Shown: positions 1 through 8,394, numbered from the stretch's first letter. The stretch is DNA of 63,300 nt from Minisyncoccota bacterium (GCA_018060985.1 JAGOUZ010000005.1:1-63300); one strand, 5' to 3'. Notes: a model not told the origin generated them from the sequence alone. Translations and numbers: made by a program.

Positions 1-447
1 CACATCGGCAGGCTCGACGCCATGAAGAATCAGAAAATGTCGCTCGCCAAGGACGTCGGCGTCATCGTCAACCTACCGGACTCGGAAATCGAGTGGGCGG
101 AATGGTCTCCTGAACCTGCCGCCAGAACGCTCGCGCAGTGTCGCGACACTATCGACTACCTCTGCTTCAACGGAGGGGGTCGGCCGGATGCGGATTACAA
201 TCCGGAGTTCACGCGTACGTGGGTGTCGCATCTGCAGAAAAACGGCTCGTGCGGCATCTGCGTCGCGGGCAAGTTCTGCGAAGCGAGCGTCGAACGTCTC
301 CGGCCGCTGCTGCGGCAGTATCCCGAGACCAGCGTGATTGCCGGAAGGCGCTTGCGCGACGCAGACGGCACGCTCAACGTCGATCGCGCTCGCCGGTATC
401 TCGCATACGCTGGCGAGCTCTACGACCAGTACCTCGCTGCCGCGTAA
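1..447 (+). CDS. 5'-truncated hypothetical protein, possibly a TrpF/PRAI-like ribulose-phosphate-binding barrel (C-terminal part)
   Basis: The frame is open from base 1 (HIGRLDA-MKNQ...). The segments YLCFNGGGR, GICVAGKF and SVIAGRRLRDADGTLNVDRARRYL loosely resemble the LLD-SGG-G, LAGGL and S-D-ESGLR motifs of PRAI-like barrels; the match is degenerate. Confidence 0.35.
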   Translation, partial: HIGRLDAMKNQKMSLAKDVGVIVNLPDSEIEWAEWSPEPAARTLAQCRDTIDYLCFNGGGRPDADYNPEFTRTWVSHLQKNGSCGICVAGKFCEASVERLRPLLRQYPETSVIAGRRLRDADGTLNVDRARRYLAYAGELYDQYLAAA

Positions 448-543
448 CCTATGCGGTTTGCAACAGCCAAGGCATCAACTTTCGGTAACTTTTGTACCGC
501 GCCCGCGTTACCATAATGGGCAGGACAACAGGAGAGTCGCGTC

Positions 544-630
544 ATGAAAAAGCTTCTCAAGCTTTGGCAAAACCTTTGCGAAATTCCCCTGGAGTTTCGC
601 AGGTTCAAAGAAAATAACTGGCTTCGCTAA
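544..630 (+). CDS. 28-aa micro-ORF MKKLLKLWQNLCEIPLEFRRFKENNWLR (not in ORF track)
   Basis: AGGAG at 530-534, 9 nt before ATG 544; TAA at 628-630; CATAAT at 512-517; followed by a strong hairpin at 645-671. Confidence 0.45.
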   Translation: MKKLLKLWQNLCEIPLEFRRFKENNWLR

Positions 631-644
631 GGCCAGATACAATA

Positions 645-671
645 AGGCCCCGCACGTTACGTGCGGGGCCT
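645..671. terminator. 12-bp perfect hairpin between convergent genes, probable intrinsic terminator
   Basis: AGGCCCCGCACG-TTA-CGTGCGGGGCCT; U-tracts are weak. Confidence 0.65.
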
Positions 672-680
672 ACTTCTATT

Positions 681-1304
681 TCATGTCGCGGCTAGAGGCT
701 GCCGGCGCCTAGCCCCCGACAGTTCTTCGCTGATGATTGCGTCGAGTCGCAGACGTCGCATGTCGTGGCTTAACTTGCCGCCGAATATTGACCACATCAG
801 AGAAAGGGTGGCGACTAGTGTGACAGCTCCGCCGATGAGCGTGATGGGCCAACGCTCGCCCAGAAATACCAACCCACTGCCAGCGCATATGAGCAATGCT
901 GTCTTGAAGATGTAAGCATTTCCCAGTTGATTCATCTGGGCGATTGGCGTCCACTCAGTATTGTTCTTATCCGCCATCTGATAGAGGAGTGGGTTGTTCT
1001 CCGGCGAAGAAAAGTGCGTGCAGGGGATCACTCGGCCGGACTCGCTCACCGCCAGTACATAGAACACGTTCGAACGTTCGTCCGGGGCGGTGTAGAGCCG
1101 AATCTCCGTGTACTGCTTGTCGGTGTTGCAGTACGTGAGGCCGGCGATCACTGCCTCGAACTTCGACGGCCCAAGGAGTATGAGTTCGGGGATACCCCCA
1201 CCGCGGGAGTCTTTGGTGTAGAACGTCTGGCAGTTGAGATGCTTCATCGCCAAGAGCGCGATGTCGCCTATGTCTTGGCTAAGAGATGCAAAGGTCACCC
1301 GCAT
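681..1304 (-). CDS. hypothetical membrane protein, two C-terminal TM helices
   Basis: 207-aa ORF; GAGGG SD-like sequence upstream; hydrophobic TALLICAGSGLVFLG and ITLIGGAVTLVATLSLMWSIF; has its own promoter and terminator. Confidence 0.7.
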   Translation of the reverse strand: MRVTFASLSQDIGDIALLAMKHLNCQTFYTKDSRGGGIPELILLGPSKFEAVIAGLTYCNTDKQYTEIRLYTAPDERSNVFYVLAVSESGRVIPCTHFSSPENNPLLYQMADKNNTEWTPIAQMNQLGNAYIFKTALLICAGSGLVFLGERWPITLIGGAVTLVATLSLMWSIFGGKLSHDMRRLRLDAIISEELSGARRRQPLAAT

Positions 1305-1352
1305 GTCTAAACCCTCTTTATGATGGAGAGATTCTCCGTTGCGTCTTATTGC

Positions 1353-1380
1353 ACGATACAGTGGAAACTTATTTTGTCAA
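1353..1380 (-). promoter_or_regulatory. sigma70-type promoter for 681-1304
   Basis: Minus strand TTGACA-N16-TATCGT. Confidence 0.6.
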
Positions 1381-1386
1381 ACAAAA

Positions 1387-1413
1387 CACCGCCCCAACTA
1401 GATCGGGGCGGTG
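1387..1413 (-). terminator. intrinsic terminator
   Basis: CACCGCCCC/GGGGCGGTG stem followed on the minus strand by TTTTGTTT. Confidence 0.7.
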
Positions 1414-1420
1414 GGGAAGG

Positions 1421-1861
1421 TTATGATTGGCCTCCGGGTCGCATAAAACAGTAGATCGTACCTTTTTCTGAGTAGGCCCCATAGGAGTCAGCGCTCGAAT
1501 CTCTTTGCTCCGGCGGCACATACACAGGCGCACATACATGAGCGAGCTCTGTCATGCTGGTGCCGTCAAGTATTTTATTTTTAGGGACCTGCACCCACTC
1601 GCCATCGAGAATGACCCACCACTCGCCATTTCTATAATCAGCTTTGGTCGGACGGCAATCCTCGTTGCTGCAGCATCCGATCTCGGGAGAGTCCGGCTGC
1701 ATCCATTCTTCGTAATTTTCACCACCCGATAGGTGTCCGCTCGCATGCAGGTATCCGTGATCGCCCAGACGCTCCTCTGCCTGCACGGGTGCAGCATTGC
1801 TTACCATGAAAAGCAGAACTGCCGCGGCAAGCAGAGCAAACGCCGCTATAATTTTTTGCAT
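1421..1861 (-). CDS. secreted Cys/His-rich hypothetical protein
   Basis: Start moved to ATG 1861 (MQKIIAAF), which has AAGGAG upstream; signal peptide ending PVQA; motifs GCCSNEDCRP, AHVC and IYCF. Confidence 0.75.
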   Translation of the reverse strand: MQKIIAAFALLAAAVLLFMVSNAAPVQAEERLGDHGYLHASGHLSGGENYEEWMQPDSPEIGCCSNEDCRPTKADYRNGEWWVILDGEWVQVPKNKILDGTSMTELAHVCAPVYVPPEQRDSSADSYGAYSEKGTIYCFMRPGGQS

Positions 1862-1940
1862 ATCAGTTCTCCTTGTTGAACGTCTAAATTGCACCATACT
1901 GCGCAAAAAGAATGCCGTCAATTACTTTTTAAAAAGAAAT

Positions 1941-1964
1941 GCCGCCCCGGTAGGTTGGGGCGGC
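1941..1964 (-). terminator. intrinsic terminator
   Basis: GCCGCCCC/GGGGCGGC stem followed on the minus strand by ATTTCTTTTT. Confidence 0.7.
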
Positions 1965-1977
1965 GTGAGAAGGGAAG

Positions 1978-2622
1978 TCACTCGTGGCTGCCGTCGGCGG
2001 CGATAGAAACGAGCTGGTAGCAGTTGCTGCTGTAGTAGCCGCCATCCGTCTTCATCTTGAGGGCATTGTCGTATGCCTCGGAATACGAACCCGCAGCGGC
2101 AACCGCGATACCATCGTATTCCGTTGTAGAGGTTTCTTGGTCGCACTTTACCGCAACGATCCATTGAACGCCGGTATTGTTGGAAAATCCGGCGATCGTA
2201 ACGCACTTGTTCGGATAGTTGGATTTACTGTGGCACATACCTTGTGCAACGTTGTACGCATCGATGCCGGAGGTTCTGTTCCACGTTGCACCATAGCCCG
2301 CATCGACCGAAGCGCTGATTGCCCCCCACTTCATGCTTGTAGGGATGGGCAGTTCGATCAAATAATCGGCCTCTTCCTGCGTCAGGACACCGGTCACAGC
2401 GTGTTCGATGTTCTTCTGGAACTTCGCAATAGCCGTACGGGTATTGGGGCCGATCTTACCGTCTGGAAGTCCAACCACCGGATAACCCAATTCAAACAGT
2501 GTGAACTGGATTGAATAGATGTCGTCGGTTGAAAGGATTGCTTCAGAAGCAGATGCGGGCGGCGTGATGTTGAAAAAGAACATCAGAGTGAACAGAACGA
2601 GCCATGTACGGATCGCAGTCAT
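1978..2622 (-). CDS. secreted peptidoglycan-binding (PG_binding_1-like) plus DUF4189-like domain protein
   Basis: Signal peptide ending ASA; IQFTLFELGY...PDGKIGPNTRTAIAKFQ...TG-L is the PG-binding helix motif; WGAISA...A...C...C followed by a second A...AL...C repeat resembles DUF4189; AAGGAGG SD. Confidence 0.75.
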   Translation of the reverse strand: MTAIRTWLVLFTLMFFFNITPPASASEAILSTDDIYSIQFTLFELGYPVVGLPDGKIGPNTRTAIAKFQKNIEHAVTGVLTQEEADYLIELPIPTSMKWGAISASVDAGYGATWNRTSGIDAYNVAQGMCHSKSNYPNKCVTIAGFSNNTGVQWIVAVKCDQETSTTEYDGIAVAAAGSYSEAYDNALKMKTDGGYYSSNCYQLVSIAADGSHE

Positions 2623-2713
2623 CGGGTCCCTCCTTGGGCCTAGGTTGACTTGGCATTACATAACAAAAATTTTAAGAATAAGTCAACTGTGTTGTTGACT
2701 CACATACACAACA

Positions 2714-2779
2714 AGTTCCACAGTATTTTATAAACAGGTTATTAGACGTTTTCCACCAGTTACCCACAGGTTATCCCTA
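2714..2779 (+). repeat. approximately 11-bp-phased array of degenerate DnaA-box-like 9-mers
   Basis: AGTTCCACA 2714, TTATAAACA 2728, TTTTCCACC 2749, TTACCCACA 2760, TTATCCCTA 2771; each has 1-2 mismatches to TTWTNCACA and all are in one orientation. Confidence 0.35.
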
Positions 2780-2796
2780 GTGTTCTCCCCGGAATT

Positions 2797-3091
2797 ACCT
2801 ACACTTCGAAGTAGGTGCATCAGTCAGCGTGTTAGCGTATCGGCATCGCAACAAGTTTTCGTAAGAAAATTTTTTTGCGAGGTGAGTTCATTTTCCGGTT
2901 TTCAGAATAGATTAGTCATGGTGCAAAAACTCTTAGCCGCGCAAGGTGCGGAACCTTCTATAGTAGAAGGAATTTTTGCGTTGTAAGAGGTGAGTGCTGC
3001 TCAAGTGTTTTGGAAGCTATTGAAGAATGGTCTTCAGATAACTTTCAGGATACTTAGCGGCACTATAGAGGCACAGGGAAAAGGGCCGCTA
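2797..3091 (+). promoter_or_regulatory. putative structured 5' leader of the SipW/TasA-like operon
   Basis: Hairpins at 2797-2816, 2846-2880 (GTAA loop), 2923-2979 (three-way junction), 3012-3046 and 3055-3091; GAGGTGAGT repeated at 2879 and 2987. Confidence 0.45.
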
Positions 3092-3164
3092 GTGTGCGCA
3101 GACGATTATTAGCAGAGAACAGATTATTAGTGGGCGATTAAACGTAATTATTAAAAAGCAGAAT

Positions 3165-4343
3165 ATGAAGAAAATTCTTTTCAGCGGTGCGACGCTTCTT
3201 GTCGTTGGTGCGATGGTGGCAAGTGCAACGGGCGCGTTTTTTAGCGATACAGAAACATCAACAGGTAACACGTTTGCAGCGGGCGCTATTGACCTTAAAG
3301 TAGACAGTGAATCTCACTATGCAGGTTTGACTTGTGTTGAGGGCGTTTGGGTGGATGAAGAAAATGAAGCCTTCGGTCCAGTTACTCGCCCTGATCTTCT
3401 TGGCGATGACTGTGATGGCTCTTGGGCTCAAGCAGACCTTGGTCCAGAACACCAGTTCTTTAACCTGAGCGACATAAAGCCAGGCGATACTGGTGAGAAC
3501 ACCATTTCGCTTCATGTTATCGACAACGACGCGTGGATGTGTGCAGACGTAAAAATCACTTCAAACGACGATGAGTCAACAAACGAGCCTGAACTTGAGG
3601 CTGGGGATGTTGCAGAAGATGTAAACAACACTCTCGACGGCGAACTTGCTCAAAACCTTGAGTTTGCTGCATGGATTGACGACGGAAATGTTGATGGTTG
3701 GCAGGGTACTTCTACCGACTCTGGTGAAGGTGACAACCTTTTCCAGGAAGGAGAGGTTGCACTCTTTGCTCCGGGACCAGCTTCAAACATTCTTAATGGC
3801 ACCACTACTCTTGCGCTTGCCCAATCTGGTGATGCTCCGATTTCTGGTGGCGTGACTCACTATGTTGGTCTTGCTTGGTGTGCAGGCACATTCAATCCTG
3901 ACATGAGCTGTAACGGCGAGGCTATGGGCAACATTGCACAAACTGACTCTATGACAGCGGATATTAGCTTCCGCGCAGAACAGTCTCGCAATAACCCGAA
4001 CTTCACTTGCGGCAATGGTCCGGAAGTTGTTCAGACCACTCTTACTCTCGAAAAAGTCATTACTCAGGATCAGACTGATCCAGTGACTGAGGCAGCTTGG
4101 ACTCTTATGGCAGACGGGGTTACCACGGACCTCAGCGGTTCAGAAGGCCAGCCGGGTGTAACAAATGTTCAAGTTGAAGCAGGAGCATACGTGCTTTCTG
4201 AATCAGTCCTCGCAGGGTTTACACAGACTGATCTTCAGTGTGTAGGTGGAGTGCTTGATACCAATACAGACACAGTAACGGTTGCCGAAGGTGCAAATGT
4301 TACATGTACGTTCTTCAATACGGAGAACACTCTCATTGACTAG
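3165..4343 (+). CDS. SipW-cognate signal peptide protein, TasA/CalY-like fibre subunit with C-terminal prealbumin/SpaA-like Ig domain
   Basis: ATGA|FFSDTETSTGNTFAAGAIDLKVD N-terminus; NLSDIKPGD-GE-TISLHV; WIDDGN; LAWCAG; AQTDS-TADI-F; C-terminal TLTLEKVI...G-Y-LSES...C...V-CTFFN. Confidence 0.85.
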   Translation: MKKILFSGATLLVVGAMVASATGAFFSDTETSTGNTFAAGAIDLKVDSESHYAGLTCVEGVWVDEENEAFGPVTRPDLLGDDCDGSWAQADLGPEHQFFNLSDIKPGDTGENTISLHVIDNDAWMCADVKITSNDDESTNEPELEAGDVAEDVNNTLDGELAQNLEFAAWIDDGNVDGWQGTSTDSGEGDNLFQEGEVALFAPGPASNILNGTTTLALAQSGDAPISGGVTHYVGLAWCAGTFNPDMSCNGEAMGNIAQTDSMTADISFRAEQSRNNPNFTCGNGPEVVQTTLTLEKVITQDQTDPVTEAAWTLMADGVTTDLSGSEGQPGVTNVQVEAGAYVLSESVLAGFTQTDLQCVGGVLDTNTDTVTVAEGANVTCTFFNTENTLID

Positions 4344-4349
4344 TCTCTC

Positions 4350-4426
4350 CTAGCCGTTCACAGTCTCACTTCGGTGGGGCCGTGCGGGCTGGTAGGGAAT
4401 CCCAGTAGTAGAGCAGAGCTCTCTAC
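4350..4426 (+). other. intercistronic RNA hairpins
   Basis: GTCTCAC-TTCG-GTGGGGC (C-UUCG-G loop) extended by CTAGCC/GGCTGG; second stem GTAGAG/CTCTAC at 4408-4426. Confidence 0.55.
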
Positions 4427-4493
4427 GGGACACATGCTCCAGCGTCGTTGGGCAAATTACTAAGTTCACTTTATAAGTTTCCGAATTACAAAA

Positions 4494-6788
4494 ATGAAGC
4501 GCATACTTTTAGGGCTGATCACGATAGTAGGGGCTGCATCGGTTATGTACGTGGGTGTAACGGGTGCGTTTTTTAGCGACACAGAAACATCGACCGGCAA
4601 CACCTTTGCTGCAGGCGACATCGATTTAAAAATTGATAACGAGAGCTACTACAATGGTGTTGCCAACGAGGACACCAGCTGGGAGCTTGTCGACCTAACG
4701 GTTCAGAAGTTCTTTAACTTCCTCGACCTCAAGCCAGACGACTACGGCGAGGACACTATCTCAATACATGTAGACACCAACGACGCTTACATGTGCGCAG
4801 ACGTAACCCTAACTTCTAATGACGACAACGGCATTAACGAACCAGAGTCTTTGGTAGACCAAACCGACGGTGTAGGTAATGGCGAGCTCGCAAATCTTGT
4901 TAACTTTGTCTGGTGGGCAGACGATGGCGACAACGTGCTCGAGACTGACGAAACGCCGCTTCCAGGTGGGCCGCTCGGCGCGCTTGGTGTCGGTCAGACT
5001 ATGAGTCTTGCTCTTGCAGACTCTGCAACAAATATTTGGACAGGACAGGGCGGGCCAGTACCGGGCGATGAGACGCTCTACCTAGGTAAAGCATGGTGCT
5101 TTGGCAATATTGGTACAGCCCCTATTACGCAAGACGGCAGCGGTACGCTGATGTCTCCAGCCGGCAACAACAACGGTAACGAAGTTTCTGGCGAGCCAGA
5201 AGACGGCGGTATTACTTGCGATGGCAGCGCGCTCGGCAACGAAAGCCAGACCGATAAATTGACTGCCGACGTTACCTTTAACGCAGTACAGGCACGCAAC
5301 AACCCGAATTTCCTCTGTGCAGAAGGGGGCGCCTGCGAGTTTGACGCACAGGTAGATATCTTGGCAGCAAGTGCCAAGTTCGAGTCTCCTGAGGTAACTA
5401 CTGCGCAGCAGTGGGATGTCTTTGACTCGCCGGTAGACGGATGGAATGTCGAGTGGCGCGATGCTGGTACGACTACGTTTGGCCCGCAGAATCGCCCAGA
5501 AGTTGCTCACCTCGAGCTGCACGAAAATGTTCTTGGCCCTGCAGCAGAGGGCGACCAGTATGCAGAGCTCGACTCCGACTGGGGCGGTCCATCTGATGCT
5601 GGCACTGGCGAACCTGCGTCAGTAAGCATTTACCGCAGCTACGCCACCACTCCTGGAGCAAGCTACACCCTTAAGTACAGTTTTGCCGCACGTCCAAACA
5701 CGCCGGCTGCAGACAACAATCTCGAGGTGCGTGTAGAAGGCGCTGTGGTAGACACCACCGGTACAACCGCAGGCGGAGGAGGCATTGTGTGGGTAGAGCG
5801 CACGGTTAACTTTGTCGCAACTGACGCATCGACTGAGCTGCGCTTTACCGACCTTGGTACCAGCAACTCAGAAGGCACCTTCCTCGACAATGTCCGCCTC
5901 TACCAGATTAGCTGCCCAAATGGCGGTGGTGATCCTGAAGAGACAACCCTTACACTCCAAAAGACCGTTATCAACGACGACCTTGGCACCGCGGATGACA
6001 GCGACTTTACGCTGGTTGCAGACGGTCCGACAGATATCTCTGGTGTAGAAGGCGCTCCGGCAGTTACCAACGCTGTTGTGTTGCCAGGCAACTATGCGAT
6101 TAGCGAAAGTATCGCTCCTGGTTACAGCACTTCAGTAAGCTGCACTATTAACGGCGGCGCACCGGTAGCTGGAGCCAATGTTTCGATTGCAGAGGGCGAC
6201 AATGTTGTCTGCACCATCACCAACGACGACAACGAACCCGTGGCCTGCACTGTCCCGAACGTTCAATTTGCTGACGGTGTTGTTACTTCGAGCCAGGGTG
6301 TCCGCAAAAACGGCACCGCAGTACTTGCAGCACGTTCAAACCCCTTGGCTGGTATTGGCATCCCACAAACTGCAGGAAACTTCTATGACAATCCTCCCCC
6401 GGCAGATAACACTTTCTTTGCCCTTGGGTTTAAGAACAACGGTACAACGCCGGGAGGTTCGATCACTGTCGAGTTTACCAACAACGTCATTGTTAACGGC
6501 CCAGGTAACGACCTTAAAGTTTGGGAGGTTACCGGCGGCACGAGCTATCCAGACGAACACGTAAAGATCGACGTATCACAAGACGGTGTTAACTGGTTTA
6601 CCGTTGCAGCCGACCTCGTGCGCGACGCACAGGCAGACATCGCAAGCTCTGGTCTTGCATGGGCAAAGTTTGTTCGCATCACTGATGTGTCGCCAATTGC
6701 ACCCTTTGAGGCAACGGCAGACGGCTTTGACCTCGACACCTTTAGCGCCCTCAACTGTGCCGTACCACCAACTCAGCAGGTTCAGTAG
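4494..6788 (+). CDS. SipW-cognate TasA-like subunit with carbohydrate-binding-like, SpaA-like and cell-surface domains
   Basis: VTGA|FFSDTETSTGNTFAAGDIDLKID; TasA-like core paralogous to 3165; YAELDS...YTLKYSFAARP...ELRFTD...GTFLDNVRL (galactose-binding/DUF642-like); TLTLQKTVIND...CTITND; FALGF...GGSITVEF...GNDLKVWE...SQDG...VRITD...DGFDLD. Confidence 0.85.
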   Translation: MKRILLGLITIVGAASVMYVGVTGAFFSDTETSTGNTFAAGDIDLKIDNESYYNGVANEDTSWELVDLTVQKFFNFLDLKPDDYGEDTISIHVDTNDAYMCADVTLTSNDDNGINEPESLVDQTDGVGNGELANLVNFVWWADDGDNVLETDETPLPGGPLGALGVGQTMSLALADSATNIWTGQGGPVPGDETLYLGKAWCFGNIGTAPITQDGSGTLMSPAGNNNGNEVSGEPEDGGITCDGSALGNESQTDKLTADVTFNAVQARNNPNFLCAEGGACEFDAQVDILAASAKFESPEVTTAQQWDVFDSPVDGWNVEWRDAGTTTFGPQNRPEVAHLELHENVLGPAAEGDQYAELDSDWGGPSDAGTGEPASVSIYRSYATTPGASYTLKYSFAARPNTPAADNNLEVRVEGAVVDTTGTTAGGGGIVWVERTVNFVATDASTELRFTDLGTSNSEGTFLDNVRLYQISCPNGGGDPEETTLTLQKTVINDDLGTADDSDFTLVADGPTDISGVEGAPAVTNAVVLPGNYAISESIAPGYSTSVSCTINGGAPVAGANVSIAEGDNVVCTITNDDNEPVACTVPNVQFADGVVTSSQGVRKNGTAVLAARSNPLAGIGIPQTAGNFYDNPPPADNTFFALGFKNNGTTPGGSITVEFTNNVIVNGPGNDLKVWEVTGGTSYPDEHVKIDVSQDGVNWFTVAADLVRDAQADIASSGLAWAKFVRITDVSPIAPFEATADGFDLDTFSALNCAVPPTQQVQ

Positions 6789-6813
6789 CGTATAGCGTTC
6801 CCCAGACAACCTC

Positions 6814-7791
6814 ATGCAGAACAAAACCCACATAGGGGCGAGAGTACTCCTTATAGCAGGAGTCCTTTCGCTCGCCGTGGGTTTGTTGTATGTAAGGGCC
6901 GAGGAGCCAGGCATTACGTTTGCAACTGGCAATGGCCTCGACTTAAAAATAGATTCTAAAGCAACGTACAACGGCGTATTAGTGCCGAGCAGTACGTGGT
7001 CGCTTAAAGATCTTAAGCCCACTAAGGATAAGTTCTGGAACTTTAAAGACATCAAGCCGGGCGATCAGGGCGAAAACACGATAAGCATCCATGTAAACAA
7101 AGACGCCTGGATGTGTTTGGAGTTCTTAAACCTAAAAGAAAAAGAGAATGGCGAAAACGAGCCCGAAGGCCTCGAGGATGCCAGCGCCGTAAATGAAGGC
7201 GAGTTGGCAGATGAAATGGAGTTCTTTGCCTGGCACGACGATGGCGACAATATTTTTGAAGTGGGGGAGACGCCGATTTTTGGCACTTCGACCCAGAGTG
7301 CGGTGAAGGTTCTTAACAACACCGTGTACACGATTGCCGACTACAAGAGCGGCAACCCAATTCCTAAAAACACCACCAAATACTTTGGCATTCAGTGGTG
7401 CGCGGGCAACATGACCGTGAACGTTGCGACAGCAACTATTACGTGCGACGCGACTACTATGGGCAACGAAGCGCAGACCGACAGCATGACGGTAGACGTA
7501 CAGCTAGTAGCTGCCTCTGCCAAAGACGAAAAGAAGTTTAAGTGCAAAGACATCTATCTACCGCCGCCAGGTGAGCAGTGCGAGGTGGGTGAGGTCAAGA
7601 TTATCGTCAACAATAGCGGCTCGGTTACCAACACCTCGTCTTCAAGCTCTAACACCGGAGGCAACTCGGCAGGGAGCGGCGGTACGGTTATTACCGGCAA
7701 TGCCTCGTCAGTAACTAATACGACCAATGTTGTTAATACAACCAACATATCGATCGGATCATTGTTGCAGAATCTGTTCAAGAAAAAGTAA
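6814..7791 (+). CDS. TasA-like paralog lacking the FFSDTETS N-terminal strand
   Basis: GLDLKIDS...NFKDIKPGDQGENTISIHV...WHDDGDN...IQWCAG...AQTDSMT core; the N-terminus is YVRA|EEPG instead; Ser/Thr/Asn-rich tail. Confidence 0.8.
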   Translation: MQNKTHIGARVLLIAGVLSLAVGLLYVRAEEPGITFATGNGLDLKIDSKATYNGVLVPSSTWSLKDLKPTKDKFWNFKDIKPGDQGENTISIHVNKDAWMCLEFLNLKEKENGENEPEGLEDASAVNEGELADEMEFFAWHDDGDNIFEVGETPIFGTSTQSAVKVLNNTVYTIADYKSGNPIPKNTTKYFGIQWCAGNMTVNVATATITCDATTMGNEAQTDSMTVDVQLVAASAKDEKKFKCKDIYLPPPGEQCEVGEVKIIVNNSGSVTNTSSSSSNTGGNSAGSGGTVITGNASSVTNTTNVVNTTNISIGSLLQNLFKKK

Positions 7792-7794
7792 GCT

Positions 7795-8394
7795 ATGCAA
7801 ATCCTTTTCAAAATACTCTACGGCATGTTTGTAACGCTCCTCATCGGTGTGGCAGCGCTACTGTTAGTATCGCTTTTGCCTATAACCGGCAATGTCGAAC
7901 TTAAGATTGTTAAGTCGGGCTCAATGGAGCCGACTATTCCTACCGGTTCTATTGTGCTCGTCATGCCGAGCAAAGAGTACAAAGTAGGCGATGTCATTAC
8001 CTTTGGCAAAGATACTCGAAGCGAGATACCCACCACACACCGCATTGTAAGCATCCGCGAAAATGTGCAGGGCAACTTTTATACCACCAAGGGCGATGCC
8101 AACGAAGAGCAGGATCCTCGCGAAACTGCCGGTAAAGAGATCATAGGTAAAGTGCTCTTTCATGTGCCGTATGCAGGCTACATCTTAGACTTTGCCCGCC
8201 AGCCGCTTGGCTTCGGACTTCTCATTGGAGTACCGGCTGCTATGATCGTGCTCGATGAAAGCGTCAATATATATAGAGAGGTGGTTAGGCTTCGTCGCCG
8301 CAAGAAGGGCCAGTATGTACAAGGTCTCTTGCCGATACCGGTACCGCAGAAGCCAAAGTTCTACAGCGATGATGATCGGATACCGACTATATGA
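7795..8394 (+). CDS. sipW: signal peptidase I, SipW/Sec11-like (S26B)
   Basis: VKSGSMEPTI (Ser), GDVITF, TTHRIV (His), TKGDANEEQD, IIGKV...VPYAGY; N- and C-terminal TM segments. Confidence 0.9.
   Translation: MQILFKILYGMFVTLLIGVAALLLVSLLPITGNVELKIVKSGSMEPTIPTGSIVLVMPSKEYKVGDVITFGKDTRSEIPTTHRIVSIRENVQGNFYTTKGDANEEQDPRETAGKEIIGKVLFHVPYAGYILDFARQPLGFGLLIGVPAAMIVLDESVNIYREVVRLRRRKKGQYVQGLLPIPVPQKPKFYSDDDRIPTI

Noticed and set aside
2780-2986. 68-aa ORF in the leader region
   Set aside because: GTG start without SD, no recognisable features, and it overlaps the hairpin modules; better explained as non-coding.
3012-3100. Resemblance to a c-di-GMP-II riboswitch (GGAAGCTATTGAAGAATGG..., GGCAC, CTAGTGTGC)
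   Set aside because: The 5' half folds better on itself (GGAAG-TAT-TGAAGA/TCTTCA-ATA-CTTTC), GGCAC is tied up in the TAGCGGC/GCCGCTA stem, and the kink-turn GAG and the GCAACC tail are missing. A cmsearch against the Rfam c-di-GMP-II model would settle it.
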